NCBI GenBank assembly: GCA_000320545.1 | Contig: ADNK01002625.1 | Span: 1-64,000, forward strand | Length of the DNA stretch: 64,000 bases | Direction of reading: 5' to 3' | Source: Bigelowiella natans CCMP2755 | Lineage: Eukaryota > Protista > Cercozoa | Shown here: positions 11,972 to 25,312 of the stretch, one piece after another | Layout of the letters: each line of letters begins with the position of its first letter | Numbering within the stretch: the first letter of the stretch is position 1 | Made by a program: the position numbers and the translations under genes | Notes under the pieces: generated by a model | Seen by the model: the letters and a program-made list of their open reading frames with translations, nothing else | What the model was told of the DNA's origin: nothing | The model's database searches: none

Positions 11972-14900
11972 TCAAAACTTGTTTCCATTTCGCTGCAAGT
12001 GGAGCAAGAAATTGGCCGCCATAGCTGCAGTAGCCGTCATAGAATTTGAGGATGAGGAAGATGATCCATTGCCGTCAGATGTATCCACAGTGTTGCTTTC
12101 ACTTAAATCTTCCTTTAATTCAGACAAAGTGGGTTCTACCGCATCTGATTCAACTTTCTTCTCAGATGAACTATCAACCACTTTGCTGACTTCTTTTTGG
12201 TCACCAATTTTAGCTTTCTTGGCATTTGTTGCTTTGGAAGCAATGTCAAACAGTGGGATAAATCCAATCCTTCCGTTGCGATAGACTACCTTCTGCATTG
12301 GAATTTCATCTTTTTCCTTCTTCTCAGCTTTGATATCTTCTTTCTTCTCAGCCTTGACTTCTTCTTGCTTCTCAGCCTTAGCAGCCTTTACTTCTTCCTT
12401 CTTCTCAGCCTTAACAGCCTTGACCTCTTCTTTCTTCTCAGCCTTTACAGCCTTGACTTCTTCCTTCTTCTCAGTCTTAACTTCTTCCTTCTTCTCAGCC
12501 TTAACTTCTTCTTTCTTCTCAGCCTTGACTTCTTCCTTCTTCTCAGCCTTAACTTCTTCCTTCTTCTCAACCTTGACTTCTTCCTTCTTTTCAGCCTTAA
12601 CTTCTTCCTTCTTCTCAGCCTTGACTTCTTCCTTCTTCTCAGCCTTAACTTCTTCCTTCTTCTCAGCCTTGACTTCATCCTTCTTCTCAGCCTTGGCTTC
12701 ATCCTTCTTCTCAGCCTTAACAGCCTTGACGTCTTCTTTCTTCTCAGCCTTAACTTCTTCCTTCTTCTCAGCCTTAACTTCTTCCTTCTTCTCAGCCTTG
12801 ACCTCTTCCTTCTTCTCAGCCTTGACTTCTGCCTTCTTCTCAGCCTTGACCTCTTCCTTCTTCTCAGCCTTAGTAGCCTTGACTTCTTCCTTCTTCTCAG
12901 CCTTGACTTCTTCCTTCTTCTCAGCCTTAATTTCTTCCTTCTTCTCAGCCTTCTCAGCCTTGGCTTCATCCTTCATCTCAGACTTGACTTCGTCCTTCTT
13001 CTCAGCCTTACCAGCCTTGACGTCTTCTTTCTTCTCAGCCTTGGCTTCATCCTTCTTCTCAGCCTTGACCTCTTCTTTCTTCTCAGTCTTGACCTCTTCT
13101 TTCTTCTCAGCCTTAGTAGCCTTGACTTCTTCCTTCTTCTCAGCCTTAGTAGCCTTGACTTCTTCCTTCTTCTCAGCCTTAACCTCTTCCTTCCTTTCCT
13201 TCTTAGCGGTCTTGACTTCTTCCTGCGTCTCAACAGCGACGTTTGCTTTGCTCTTAGAAACCACCTCTGCATCATTCTTCTCCTCAGCTGCTGTAATTTC
13301 CGTTGAATCCGAAGACTTTGCGTGAATTTTGTCCATGTATGTTGCCTATAGTTACATTCCAAATAGCGCAGGAAGATTATATAGAATATAAGATATCGTA
13401 ATTACAATAACATACATTTGTTTATCTTCCAATTGTGGTAGTTGTATCACCTCTGGGATGCCTCTTGCAGTGATGCTAACAGGCAATTTCACGCCCAAAA
13501 GGCTTCCTAAGAAGACGAGACGTCAAAGCACACACACACACACACACACATAGAGTGAGAGAGAGAGTGAGTGAGAGAGAGAGAGAGAGAGAGGCAGCGA
13601 GGTTGGGTTAAACACTGAATGCATCATTTTGAAAAGTTCATGAGAAAACTTCCTTTCTAGCGCCATAATCCTACCTTGTTCAGGCCCTCCACGAGTTGTG
13701 ATGAATAAAGTATCTAGATAGATATTGGTGGTGGTATCAACAACGATGAACATTATTTGACCTTTAAAAAGAAGATGAAAGGAATAATATTTGGAGAAAC
13801 GACGGTAGTAGTATCATCAAAAAGAGACTGCTACCTAGATTGGATCCCCCAATAGTCACTGAGGTAGGGTTATGGCCTTTCACATCCACCACAACATCGA
13901 TATTGCCTTCTGGAGAGATTCGTATTACTTTTTCTCCTCCTGTTATAGCAACCTGGTATTTGTTGATAAAAAGTGATGATGAGCTTGGCGACTATCACCA
14001 CGTTAGTAGCGGTTATGTTATTACACGTGTATAGTCATTTCTTGTGTTTCGTATTCTTCCAAACTATACTACTCGAATATATCTTTCATATTGGTAGCTT
14101 GCTTTGTCCATGAATTATTGTTGTTATTGATGATGATTATCACCCATATTCCTCCTTCTGAGTCGGTGTTAGCACCATCAGGCATCCCTGTGTAAATAAC
14201 AATAAACATTTGTAAGATCAAGTGTAAATAACAAGAAACATTTGTAAGAAGCAGGCACCCATCTTCTCACATCACAACTTCTGCACCTACTACGACTAGT
14301 AGTACCACCTGCCATCTCATTAGGCAATTCTTTGAACAAGATAGGCTCAGAGAGAGGAGATCCGTCAGCAGTTGCATCATACTTAAACTTGAAGATTCGT
14401 CGAGTAGGCGTGTCACAGAAATACATTCCTTTAATTTAAGGAGGAGTAGGAGGAGGAGGAGGAGGAAGAAGAAGAAGAAGAAGAAGAAGAGAAAGAAGAG
14501 GACAAAAGGGTATTATAAACCATCAGCTTTAGGAGGGACCAGTAGCTATGAAGAAAGCTGCTGTAATTACATGGGAGAACACACACACACACACACACAC
14601 ACATCTCGTGATCTACCTTTTCCATCGGGGGTGAAAGATATGCAGTTAGATACCCTGATAGATTATGTGGGAAAGAAAGAAAGAAAGAACCAAAAAGGAA
14701 GAATAGATCATGCCGGTAATGACGATGATGTAGAAATAAATCAACAAATGAATAAATAAATGAACATACGTCTAATAGCAAAGGACTAAAAAGGAAGAGA
14801 TATCAGAGAAAGAGAGGAGAAAAGTAAATATGATACAGTAAAGATGTTAATGTAGCACTTTTTTTTTATGGAAACAACGATTCATGCCTGTGATGATACT

Positions 14901-15378
14901 GAAAAACAATGATGATGCTTATGTTGGTGCTGCTGCTGCTGCTGCTACTACTACTTGCTACTCATATGTTTATTAGCGTGTGCTCATATCCAACCATAAG
15001 AGAAAGATGTTGATGGCGACCTGTGCTTTGTGTTCAGTATCTTTCGTAACCCCCCTTCGCTGTCAAGGCGATATAAAGATCCGATCTAAGAGGGAGGGGT
15101 TAAAAACAACCAGAAGAACCAAAAAAGACGTATCATGATTTTTGTAATGATATTACATTTACCTCTTGATTAAATGAAACATCGTAACACTCTCTTCAAA
15201 GATGATTCAAATCTTCACACCTCCTGTGCATTGAATTTATGCTGAAAGTTATAGCTTCCTACGATAAGATTTCCATTCCTATCACATCTTCCATCGTTTG
15301 GCCTGGTATCTAATCCTTCGTAAGTTGCCTCACTCCAGTCAGAGATTCTCTCAATATTTTCCAATGAATAATAGGAGG

Positions 15379-15414
<36 letters not shown>

Positions 15415-16627
15415 AGTTAGAAGCGGAGGATGCAGCTGCTGAAGATGATGAAGGCAATAATCGGTAAAAGCCATCTTGTAGACCAACTAGCACTCCACCA
15501 CTAAACATATTATTATGTGTTTATCAAATCAACACTCGTTTCTTCTGAGTAGTAATTTGTAATTTGAGGATGCATCATCTATCTAACAAGTTGTTGTTGG
15601 TGCAACTAATAACTTATCTAGCTGCTATTACTATTATCATTTGTAGTAATAGTGGTAGTAGTAGTAAAAATATCTCTAAATGTAGTGAAATGTAGTAACT
15701 ATATTGTAGTAGATGATGTTATTTCCCTACTGTTATGGATGGTATATTCTGATTTGGAATACTAGCACTCTTATTACTATTTATTATTACTATTACTATT
15801 AAAATCATTATTTTCACTATGTGTATTCTTCATTGAATACCCCTCTCTCAAGGCAACACATCCAACCATGCTGGGCATCGATCTGAAAATAGTAGTAAGT
15901 TGTAGTTGTTGGAGAGTAGGATATTAGTTCACGTATCTACTGCTGCTGGTGTCTCAACATGAATAATTCATTTTAACTGTAGTGAGGTGGTGTTGCTTGC
16001 TACTCGCTATTTACTCGAAACAAACCACATCACAAAAATGCTGTACAGTTAGGGGGAGGGGAGAGCTGCCTAATATTCAATAGCTAATTGTATTCAAGGG
16101 ATTATAATGGTGGAAAATATGTAGAGCTTTCATTGTACATCATATATCTTAAAGTAACATATAATAACCATTTGTTATATCTCACGTGTATTATTGCTAC
16201 TATTCTTTCTAATGAAGTTGTTGCACGCACACAGATCTAGCCTCCCTTGGTGCTGTAGAAGGATCCCAATACCACAACTTCTTTCCTGAGATGGTGGGGG
16301 TGGTAAGTGGACGGAGGAGGAGGAGGAGGAGGAGGAGGAGAAGGAGGAGGATCAGGATAAAGAGAATTTTATAGGAGGCAGGAAGAACTATCTGGTGCCT
16401 ATCTTTCCTAAAATGCTGATTATAATATGTGTGTGTGTGTGTGTGTGTGTGTACGAATAATCATGTTGATGATGGTCTTACTTCCCCCTCTCCTGTATTT
16501 TTTACTACATAGAGTAATAGTAGTAGTACCTTGAATATCCACCCAATAGAGCTTATTCTCACGTGCACTCCAAACGGGTGACTCTCCTGATCAAATTATT
16601 CAAAGCAACACGGAGTAAGATACACCT

Positions 16628-16661
<34 letters not shown>

Positions 16662-17334
16662 ATATCGTTTAAAGATCGGCTATTTGTGCTAATAACTGTC
16701 ACCTACCAAACATTTTTCTTTTTTTTGCTTTCACTTCATTAATTTCAAAAGCGATTTCAATGTTGATCATACAGCCTGAAAAGAGTCTACGCGTAAAGTG
16801 GTATACCAAGATCATTTCTGCATGGAACTAGCTCCTCTGCTTTCAGATACGTGGCCCCACCTTTCTCCTAATTTAGAAGAAGAAGAGTACAAAACAATAA
16901 GAACAAATTATGATGATGACAGATGATCATGGAAGGGAGAAGAGAGAGAAGAAGAAGAAGAGTTCAAGAAGAGAAGATCTCACCCAGTTTAGTATTACGA
17001 TTAATGGTGAAGAAGTGCTTGTTCATCATATTTGTATGTCTAACCCCCCACCATTACAACTACCATCACCACCACCTCTCCTCATTGAGATTTTCATCAT
17101 ATACAACTCACAACATGCTACTAGATATATTATCACTGTTAAATGCCATCATCATCATCATCATCATCATCATTAGTGGTGGCATATCAATATTAACATA
17201 GTCGTTCTGGTACATATATGAATTGTATGCCTGTCACCAACCTCTGCTATTTTTTTAAGGGTATCTTTGGCCTTTTCTAGCTTTTGAGTCACCTCCTCGG
17301 ATGCTACAGTCAGCTACATAATATATCATATTTA

Positions 17335-17373
<39 letters not shown>

Positions 17374-19361
17374 TATATAAACCACAAGACTACGACTGCT
17401 ACAAAAAGCTTTAAAGTTAACTTGGCTACAGCCTGAATGTATGTGTGTATGCATCACATGATGTTGAGAAGAATGCCCTCTATTATTATGTTTCTTATTC
17501 TCACTATTGATATTATTCGTAATGATTATTTGTCACCTTTTTTACTTCTTCAACAGCATCCCACACCTCATTAGCCCCTAGTTAGTTGTAGTGAGAACAT
17601 AATATTGCATAGAATCATTTACTCATCATTCTCATCGTATGCAGCAGCAAACCAATCGATCGATGATGATGAAGATGATGATGATCTTCAGAATAATACA
17701 TGGTAGTATGTTGAAATCGAGTCTTTCAGTAACAATTTCGTTACGATTGACCCCTCCAAGCCCTTCGTTTATCATCTACCGCTACTGTAACAACAGTGTA
17801 ATATATCGTATAATTATCAACTGCAACTACTACTACCTATTGGTAGCACGCTTTTCGTGAGAGCCGGCGAAACTCCTTGTTTCACACCTAGCAGCAATGA
17901 GCAAAGTTAGGGAGATATATCAAACCGTCTACCAAACCGTCATCAAGCTGCTGATAACAAGGGGAAGGAGCATCAACACATTAAATATCGTGTGTGTTTG
18001 CTATATGATAGCTAGTTACTACTACTCATTTGCTATTTGCTACGAAGTGATTATAGTAGCAGTATGCATTTATGAAAATCTGTCTCGACGATTCTTCTTC
18101 TTCTTCTTCTTCTTCTTCTTCTTCTTCTATTGAAAACATGAAAGGAAGTAGGGTTATACTTCCTACTGACCCAACATTACCTGCTTCTAAAGCGGCCGAT
18201 GACACGATGTTATTGAATTTATCAGCGGAGAGTGAGGCCCTGTGGGTGGCAGAAAGAAGAACAAAAAGAAGATGTGTGTAAGAAGAACAAACAAATATAA
18301 CTCATACCATGACGTGAGAGGCCATCGTATTATTTCTCATGTACTTGTTTCTAATGTTATTTCTCATGTACTTGTTAGTTATTAGTATATATAGCTAACA
18401 TGTAATGAGGAAAGTTATACAGCTTTCACCATCTTCTTCTTTTTCTTCATCTTCTTGATCTACATGTTCGTCTTGACTACAATACTTCTTCTACTACTAC
18501 TTACTACCCGCCAACAAGAGCTCCATCAATATCAGGCATTTGCAGTAGCTCTGAACTTGTTTCTGGTGTTACACTACCACCGTACCTTAACATTATCATT
18601 ATCAACAATTTACCATCAGTATCCTATCATAAGAACAATATCATCATAATCATCTGTATTTCCAGCACATCTCGATGGAGTCCACATAGTCATCTTGCTA
18701 TGATGTCATCAAAAACTACCAGTAGTAGTAATGCACAACACAACACAACGAAGAAGAAACTTCTATTACTGAATCGATATGTAGCTTGCAGCTTCTTTGC
18801 CTGTGAAGTAAATCATTCATGCAGATGGTGTCATCAAATGCGAGCGGCAAGGTGTCAAGTGGCGTGATGATGTGGTAAGAGAAAGAGGAAAGATGGTTGC
18901 TTATAAGATGATGATGATGATGATGATACACCTACCATATTGATTCTCAAGCCAGGTTCTGATGACCTAATAACAAACAGTTTAAGAACCTCCCAAGGAA
19001 AGGGTTGTAATCGATTTAACTAAAGAAAGATCATCGTGAGAGTAGTATTAGTCACTAGGTACTCCTCTCTCGTTTTATTATTTTTTCTTTTGAGCAGAGG
19101 AGGAGCAGCAGCAGCATTGACCTTATGCACTGCTTGCGCAATCTCAGGTGTTGCGGTTAACCCTGTACCTATTGCCCATACAGGCTCGTATGCAATGGTA
19201 AGATGCTGAACCTGAGAGTGAGTAGAAGGATGCAGTATCATCACACATCGTCATCAGGAGAGGAAAAGGAATAAACTATAACCATCGCCAAACATACATA
19301 TTATACCATTCCTTCATTCGATATTCAAATATGTGTGTCAGCAATAATTGCATGAAGAAGC

Positions 19362-19404
<43 letters not shown>

Positions 19405-20335
19405 TCTCTCCCTCTCCCTCACTCTTTCTCCTTTTTTCTCTTTTACTATAGTGTAAAATGTTTTTTTTTTACCACTTCTCGGGTAGATACCCCAGCAAGA
19501 CCCTGATTGAATCATTAATAATAATAATAATAAGGCGATGATAAAAGCAGCAGTAAGTATTGGAACTAAATTATGATGATGGTAAATAATGCTGACTTTA
19601 GATAACGACTTACAATTAGGATGCTGGTATTGATGATGATAATGGTGGTGTTAAAATGAGGAAAACATAGCTGATAAAGTGTTGTTTCATCTTATTATTT
19701 AACATCGTCATCATCATCATCATCATCATCATCAATAATACACCAATTAACACCTTTGCCAGTTGTGTAGTGCACACGCTTTCGACAAGATCCGCTTGAA
19801 ATCTTAAGTATATTTGGTGATGCACAATATTAATATTAGTAAGGAAGGAAGGAAGAGGGACGTTATCATACAGCATTTTATGTATGATTTTTATAATTAC
19901 TAATATTGTACACATAAAACTACAGTAGATGTCTTTCACTTTGGCACTTTTAATAGTAGCATGTGCACACCACAAAACAAAGTGAAATAAAAGCAAAAGA
20001 AGACTTACTCTTCAAAAGTCTCCCCTATACAGAGCACAACGTCTAAATCCTTAAAATTGAAGAAAAAAAGGAGGGGGAGGAGAAAGAGCCATATTAGTGA
20101 TGAACTTGCTTATTGATAATTTATAAATATTGTATATGTGAAAGTAGTATCACCTGTGTCAGGGCTGCTTTGACTTTCAAGTTGATTTCCTCGTCTGTTT
20201 CCTACATAATGAATTATAGAAGTAGTAGTAGTATTAGTAGTAGTAGCAGCAGCAATTAGGGGAATCATAAATAAGACTACGACAACGACGAAATGGATGC
20301 TTCATGACCGTTGTTAGTAATGTCACTATTCCATA

Positions 20336-20381
<46 letters not shown>

Positions 20382-20808
20382 CCTAAAGCAATTCTGAATT
20401 CAAAATAACCTTGCAACTACTTTTATCTCTTCTATCATGATCTCTTCACTGCTATACTACAGCAGCCTCTCTTATGCATTCACGCACAGGTGTTTATCTT
20501 GTTTTACCTTGAATATGCTCCGTCGTTCACTATGACCTGCCAGTATAGCATAGTCATCATTAAGATATGATGGAAAAGCCAAAATATGAAGAAGAGTAAC
20601 ATATTAACATTCCGAGCTTTCAGTATGTGAATCTCTTCTCTTTCTTTCTTCTCCCTTTCTCTCTCTCTCGCTCTCGCTCTCGCTCTCTTCTTACCACACA
20701 GAACGAAGGATGCTCCTGCCGATTTGAGCATAGAAGCAGCTACCCCACCAGTGTGAGCCCCACATCTTCCTGAGAGAAAGAAGTAGTAGGTGTCATACAC
20801 TAGTCCCG

Positions 20809-20845
<37 letters not shown>

Positions 20846-21246
20846 CGTGTGTAACATAAATAAAAACATAATAGCTATACAAGATTGAAAATATCTATCA
20901 TTGTTTGAGCTAGGATGTTCTTTTCTACTACTACCCTCCCAATGAAGGTCTTGCGCTCCTACCTTTACCCCAGTACCTTCAATATCACATTAAGACAAAC
21001 AGAAAGCAACGAGAAGGAAACGACGGCAATGATGGTGATGAATGATAATAAAATCCAGCTGATTCATAACTCAAAGGTTGATGAGTATTGGTTTCCAAAT
21101 CATTTATGTCATACAGCTTTAACAAACGATTAGAATGAGGTACCCATGATCACATCATTGATATCATTTACACAACATGCAAAATGTGAATAATGGATTC
21201 ATTCAGCAGCTAAATAAAATAATATCGATGATAATGATGACTACAT

Positions 21247-21315
<69 letters not shown>

Positions 21316-22538
21316 AGAATACTTGCTACGACAGGGAGGAATGGGGAAGGAGGTGTAACTCCAATTCGAATACTGGGCAAATCTGGTCTATCCCTTTGAA
21401 GGGCTGCAAGCAAGCAAGTAAGCACCGATAATAGTCGAGTTGTCATCCAAATCAGTTAAATTAAATGTGTGTAACTGCTAGCCTTCTCTTCTATTCTTTC
21501 CTATAAAGCAGGCCTATACCGTGTAATCAAGCTACGACGAAGCTAATGAATTCGACAGCATATATATAATATACACACACAAGTATACATGTACATGCGA
21601 AGAAGCACCAATAGCTGCTGCTCCGACGAGACTTGCAAGAGACTCAGCTTCAGTGACGGTTCCTGGATTCATCTTCCAGTTTCCTAATGGGAGGGGTGGA
21701 AGGGAGGGAGGGGAGGGAATGGGGTAGTGAGGAAGGAGAATAAGAGGGAGCTGAACTACCACGATTAAAATATCCACAAATCATTGACATCAGTAGCCAA
21801 CAACGTTATATCATCATCTCATCCTCCTTTCGTTTGACCTCTTCTATTCCCATTCATAACTTCAATTAATAATGCTTACTAGCACGTAGTACCTGCTACA
21901 AACATTTGTCTTTTCTCTACTCCCCCCCCCTCTAGACCATTGGCAGGTCCAGCAATGGCGGATGTGATGGACTCAATCTGATCTTCCTTCGATGCATACG
22001 CTGGTGAGATGTGCGCCTTATGGTGGTGAGAGAGGGATGATGAGGAAGATACAAAAGGATAACGGGAGACGATGCTCAGAGGATGTCGTCGTAATTGGTT
22101 ATGATGACGAATTCGTGGCGAAGCTGGTGCAAAAGCCCGTGTAGTAGGAGCAGTTCTTGACAAGGGTACAGCAGGTCTTATATCACTGCGATGATAACAC
22201 AATGATGGTCAATGACGATGGTGACGCCAAGTCACAACAACCGAAGAAATATCGGTGCAAGCGTAGTGGTCATTTGTTGTAGTAGTGAAGGAGATCGAAC
22301 CTGCTGCTGCTCAACAACAACACTCCCAGAGTAGCCGAGATAGTTACCGCAGCAGCCAGAAATCCCACAGCTATGCGAATACTACTTCTTCGACTTCTCT
22401 AAGGATCATGCACGAACATTGGTAGCCAGGGATCAGAAAATCAAAGAATCAAAGAAAATAGCGTGACATTTTGTTGTGATCACTGACCGCCGACGTAGCT
22501 TGAGGTTTGATCAGGAGAGGTGCCTGGATGTGCATCAT
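11972..22538 (-). CDS. Predicted plastid-targeted fusion: bipartite leader + triosephosphate isomerase + linker + SMP-30/gluconolactonase (regucalcin) domain + KE-rich repeat tail
   Basis: Leader [17 protein letters not shown]|[31 protein letters not shown] followed by an R/S/P-rich transit-like exon. TPI motifs FVAG|[32 protein letters not shown] and LVGG|ASL are present. Phase-compatible GT-AG junctions carry the frame through SSAALEA|GVKQG..LPI|[14 protein letters not shown]|LTVASEE..KKIAE|[11 protein letters not shown]|GESPVW..LYWVDI (SMP-30) and ..RGIPE|[10 protein letters not shown] into ORF 11972-13336. Confidence 0.75.
12320..13220 (-). repeat. Coding tandem repeat, 24-nt unit encoding KAEKKEEV, about 30-35 copies with occasional 9-nt (ATK/AVK/AAK) inserts
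   Basis: Directly visible as ttcttccttcttctcagcctt(a/g)ac on the + strand and in the translation of ORF 11972-13336. Confidence 0.95.
13451..16867 (-). CDS. SMP-30/gluconolactonase/LRE (regucalcin-like) beta-propeller domain of the fusion gene
   Basis: [80 protein letters not shown] and LFITT are family-typical motifs in the expected order. Confidence 0.92.
18181..21910 (-). CDS. TPI: Triosephosphate isomerase domain of the fusion gene
   Basis: Catalytic Lys (NWKMN, about 21680), His (GHSERR, about 20530), Glu ([11 protein letters not shown], about 19190) and phosphate loops YGGS and LVGGASL are all intact. Confidence 0.95.
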
Positions 22539-23182
22539 CTTGGATCGAACAGATCCTGCCGAAAATCAGGAATACTATTCGACTAAAATGTGTCCTGCAG
22601 TTCGCTCAGCACGCGAGTATTACAGGGGGGTGTGGCCAAAGGGGAGGTGCAAGCAATCGAACGAAGCTCGTATTTGTACGACAGCCACGTTCGAACTTGT
22701 TCTCGTGGTTGGTGTAGGATATGTCGCTACATTACCGGTAAGATCTAAACTAGATCACTCCTGCTTTCTTGTACAACACCGATCAAATGGATCATGGGAT
22801 TGCGACAAGGAATTAAGACACTTTTTTTTAAGTAAATTGCCGTTAGCAAGTTGGGTCATACGGGCCTTCGAACTGTTACATTGGTTCTCCTCCACAAAGC
22901 CACGGATAAAATACCCGTAGTCATATGTACCCAAAATCCACCAAGAATTTCGATGTCGCATCTTACTAAACACAGGTGAAATTTCTAGAAATCGGATTGA
23001 CATCCAGATATGTTGCTGCTGCTGTGGCCACGTGACTAGGGTTTCCTTTCGAAAAGAGTCGAGAGGACTCGATGAAACGAAAATCTGTCCGGAAAACATC
23101 TACTGGTTGAACTACATTTTTGAACTACGACAATCTAGAAGTACAGTTCTTCAAAACAATGGGGCAATTTTCCGATGACCTA

Positions 23183-24510
23183 AAAAAGATCTTCTTGAAT
23201 CTCCCAGCTGCATGTTTGAGTTTTGAAACCACAAAATCCCGCAACAAGGAGGAGACGTTGCTTTCCGTGTTCGAACAAACGGAGAAGATTCAAAATCTTG
23301 AATCTTGAAGATTCAAAATCTCTCAAGAACACTCTCGCACTCGTGGTTCGCAATTCCTCTTCTTCTTCTTCTTCTTCTTCTTCTTCTTCTTCGTCATCAT
23401 CACGGACCTCTCGGCACTTCAGACTTCTGGACTTTTCTTTTTCCTGGTTTCTTTGCGTCTCCAGCATTCTGGCATCACTGAACTCGCCTTGGATTTTGCG
23501 GCACTTGGTGATTTTCGGGTTTCCTCAGGAAAGTTGATGCTGTGATTAGGCTAGCAGGGCTTCCTGCCCACCAGCCTGGCCAATGGCTGCTGTGGCAAGC
23601 CCTCCAGCACCAGCTAGCTAGACACCTGAAATTCTGTGCTGATGTTGGAATGATGTGCTAGCTAGCTAGCTAGCTAGCTAGTGTGGCCCACACTAGCACA
23701 CACACGTGGCAAGCTAGCGAGTCTGCTGTGCAGTCTAGCTCCAGCTGCACTAGCTAGCTAGCTAGCCAGTCCAGCCAGATGGACAGTCGCTCTGCACATG
23801 GCTAGCCAGCTAGCTGGGAATGATGGACGTGTGTCCACAATGGGACTGCGTTGGCTAGCTAGCTAGTCATTGCTAGCTAGCTAGACATGCGCATGTGGAC
23901 TAGCGGACCACAGCTAGACAGCATGCGATGCAGACTGCGCACAGCACCAGACTAGCAGAGCACACTCGCTAGCACTCGATCTGACACTCTCAATCGAATT
24001 GGATTTCCAAATTGTTCTGTTCATGCTGGCATGTTCTCTTTCCCTCGTTCGGCGGCAAACTTGCTAGCTAGCTAGCTAGCTTGTGGCGTGAATTTGACAT
24101 CCATGCAAAATGATAGACACAGCAATGCACTATTTGTGCATTGCATGTCTATCATCAAAAACAGAAAATGAATCTGATTGCCTAGCTAGCTAGCTAGCAT
24201 GCAGCACTCAGGATCAAGTTGTCAGCAGCACGTAGCTGCTAGTGACACGCGCTAGTTCCAGTATTAGATGAAGCTACAGGCACACATACTTCAACACATA
24301 GACATGCACATGTTCGATCACTTGATTGCACAAACTTGCATTGCAACTACTTTCAGCATTTGTGCATGACGAACGTGAGATAGATCTCTAGCAGCTACAT
24401 GAGCGCGTGATCATGCAACATGACAATGGACACAACACATGTGCATGCCGTAGCGTGTGTGCTATGTGCCATGCGTGTAGCACACGTGTACAGCGTCTTT
24501 AGGCATGCTG
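23183..24510. other. TpA-depleted, CTAG-rich intergenic block 3
   Basis: By eye there is no TpA from about 23183 to 23545, then TpA occurs almost only in CTAG up to about 24110. Long (CTAG)n runs at about 23658-23682, 24064-24080 and 24182-24197. Confidence 0.85.
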
Positions 24511-24729
24511 CAACTCTCTTCGATCTTAACCATATTCTGAAGGACCAAAACCATTGCAGTTGTATTTGTACACTATTCAACTTCTATTTTATTCCCCCTC
24601 TGTATTTGTATCATTCCAAAGATTAGGGCCTGGGTAATTACATATGGAGAAGGTGAGTTGTAAATCAAATCTACAGATGCCAAAAAGAACATAGTGTGAA
24701 TCTTGATATATTTCGTAGTTGTGCTACTT

Positions 24730-25268
24730 ACTACCACCAGAGTCTGACGCACGCCCCCCGTTGAATGATTCTCGATGATATTGCTTGGGGAAAAAATGTG
24801 CTATATCAACAACTAATGGCTGGTGGTCACTGCTGAGCTTCTCCACGGCAAGTCTTTTACAAATCATACATCATATAAGCTGGTTATAGAGAATTTTAGA
24901 TAATTATACATGCCATGATCTTCTTCACTATCACTCATAAAACTTAACATGCCATGAAACTACAATGTGTGCAACAACGAAAGTGTAGTGTACACCCTAG
25001 ACTTACTTCTCAGCAGCTTCATGCGGTATGGGTACCACACCGAGAGGGCCAAGCTTCTTTGTGCACCATACGTATCTATAAATAGCAACCACACATAATA
25101 TTTGCAGTAATATTGTTATCAGTTTATCGTATATTCTCAAAACTCTTTGCACTTACTCAACAACAGAAGTCTGGACGAGCTTCTTGCGACGATACCTACA
25201 TGCAATAGTTTATGATGAGCCCATAGGACACACCAGCTCATCACACACACTTACACACACACGCACAC

Positions 25269-25312
<44 letters not shown>

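Noticed and set aside
12320-13220. Regular repeat array resembling CRISPR
   Set aside because: No unique spacers, the repeat is protein-coding, the context is eukaryotic and there are no cas genes.
12197-13325. Long + strand ORFs (369 and 331 aa) and alternate-frame minus ORFs
   Set aside because: Shadow frames of the 24-nt KE repeat. Only the KE frame splices to upstream exons.
16686-16776. Alternative exon candidate upstream of GESPVW
   Set aside because: The exon at 16808-16868 fits phase on both sides and gives the family-typical LGESP, so this one is not needed.
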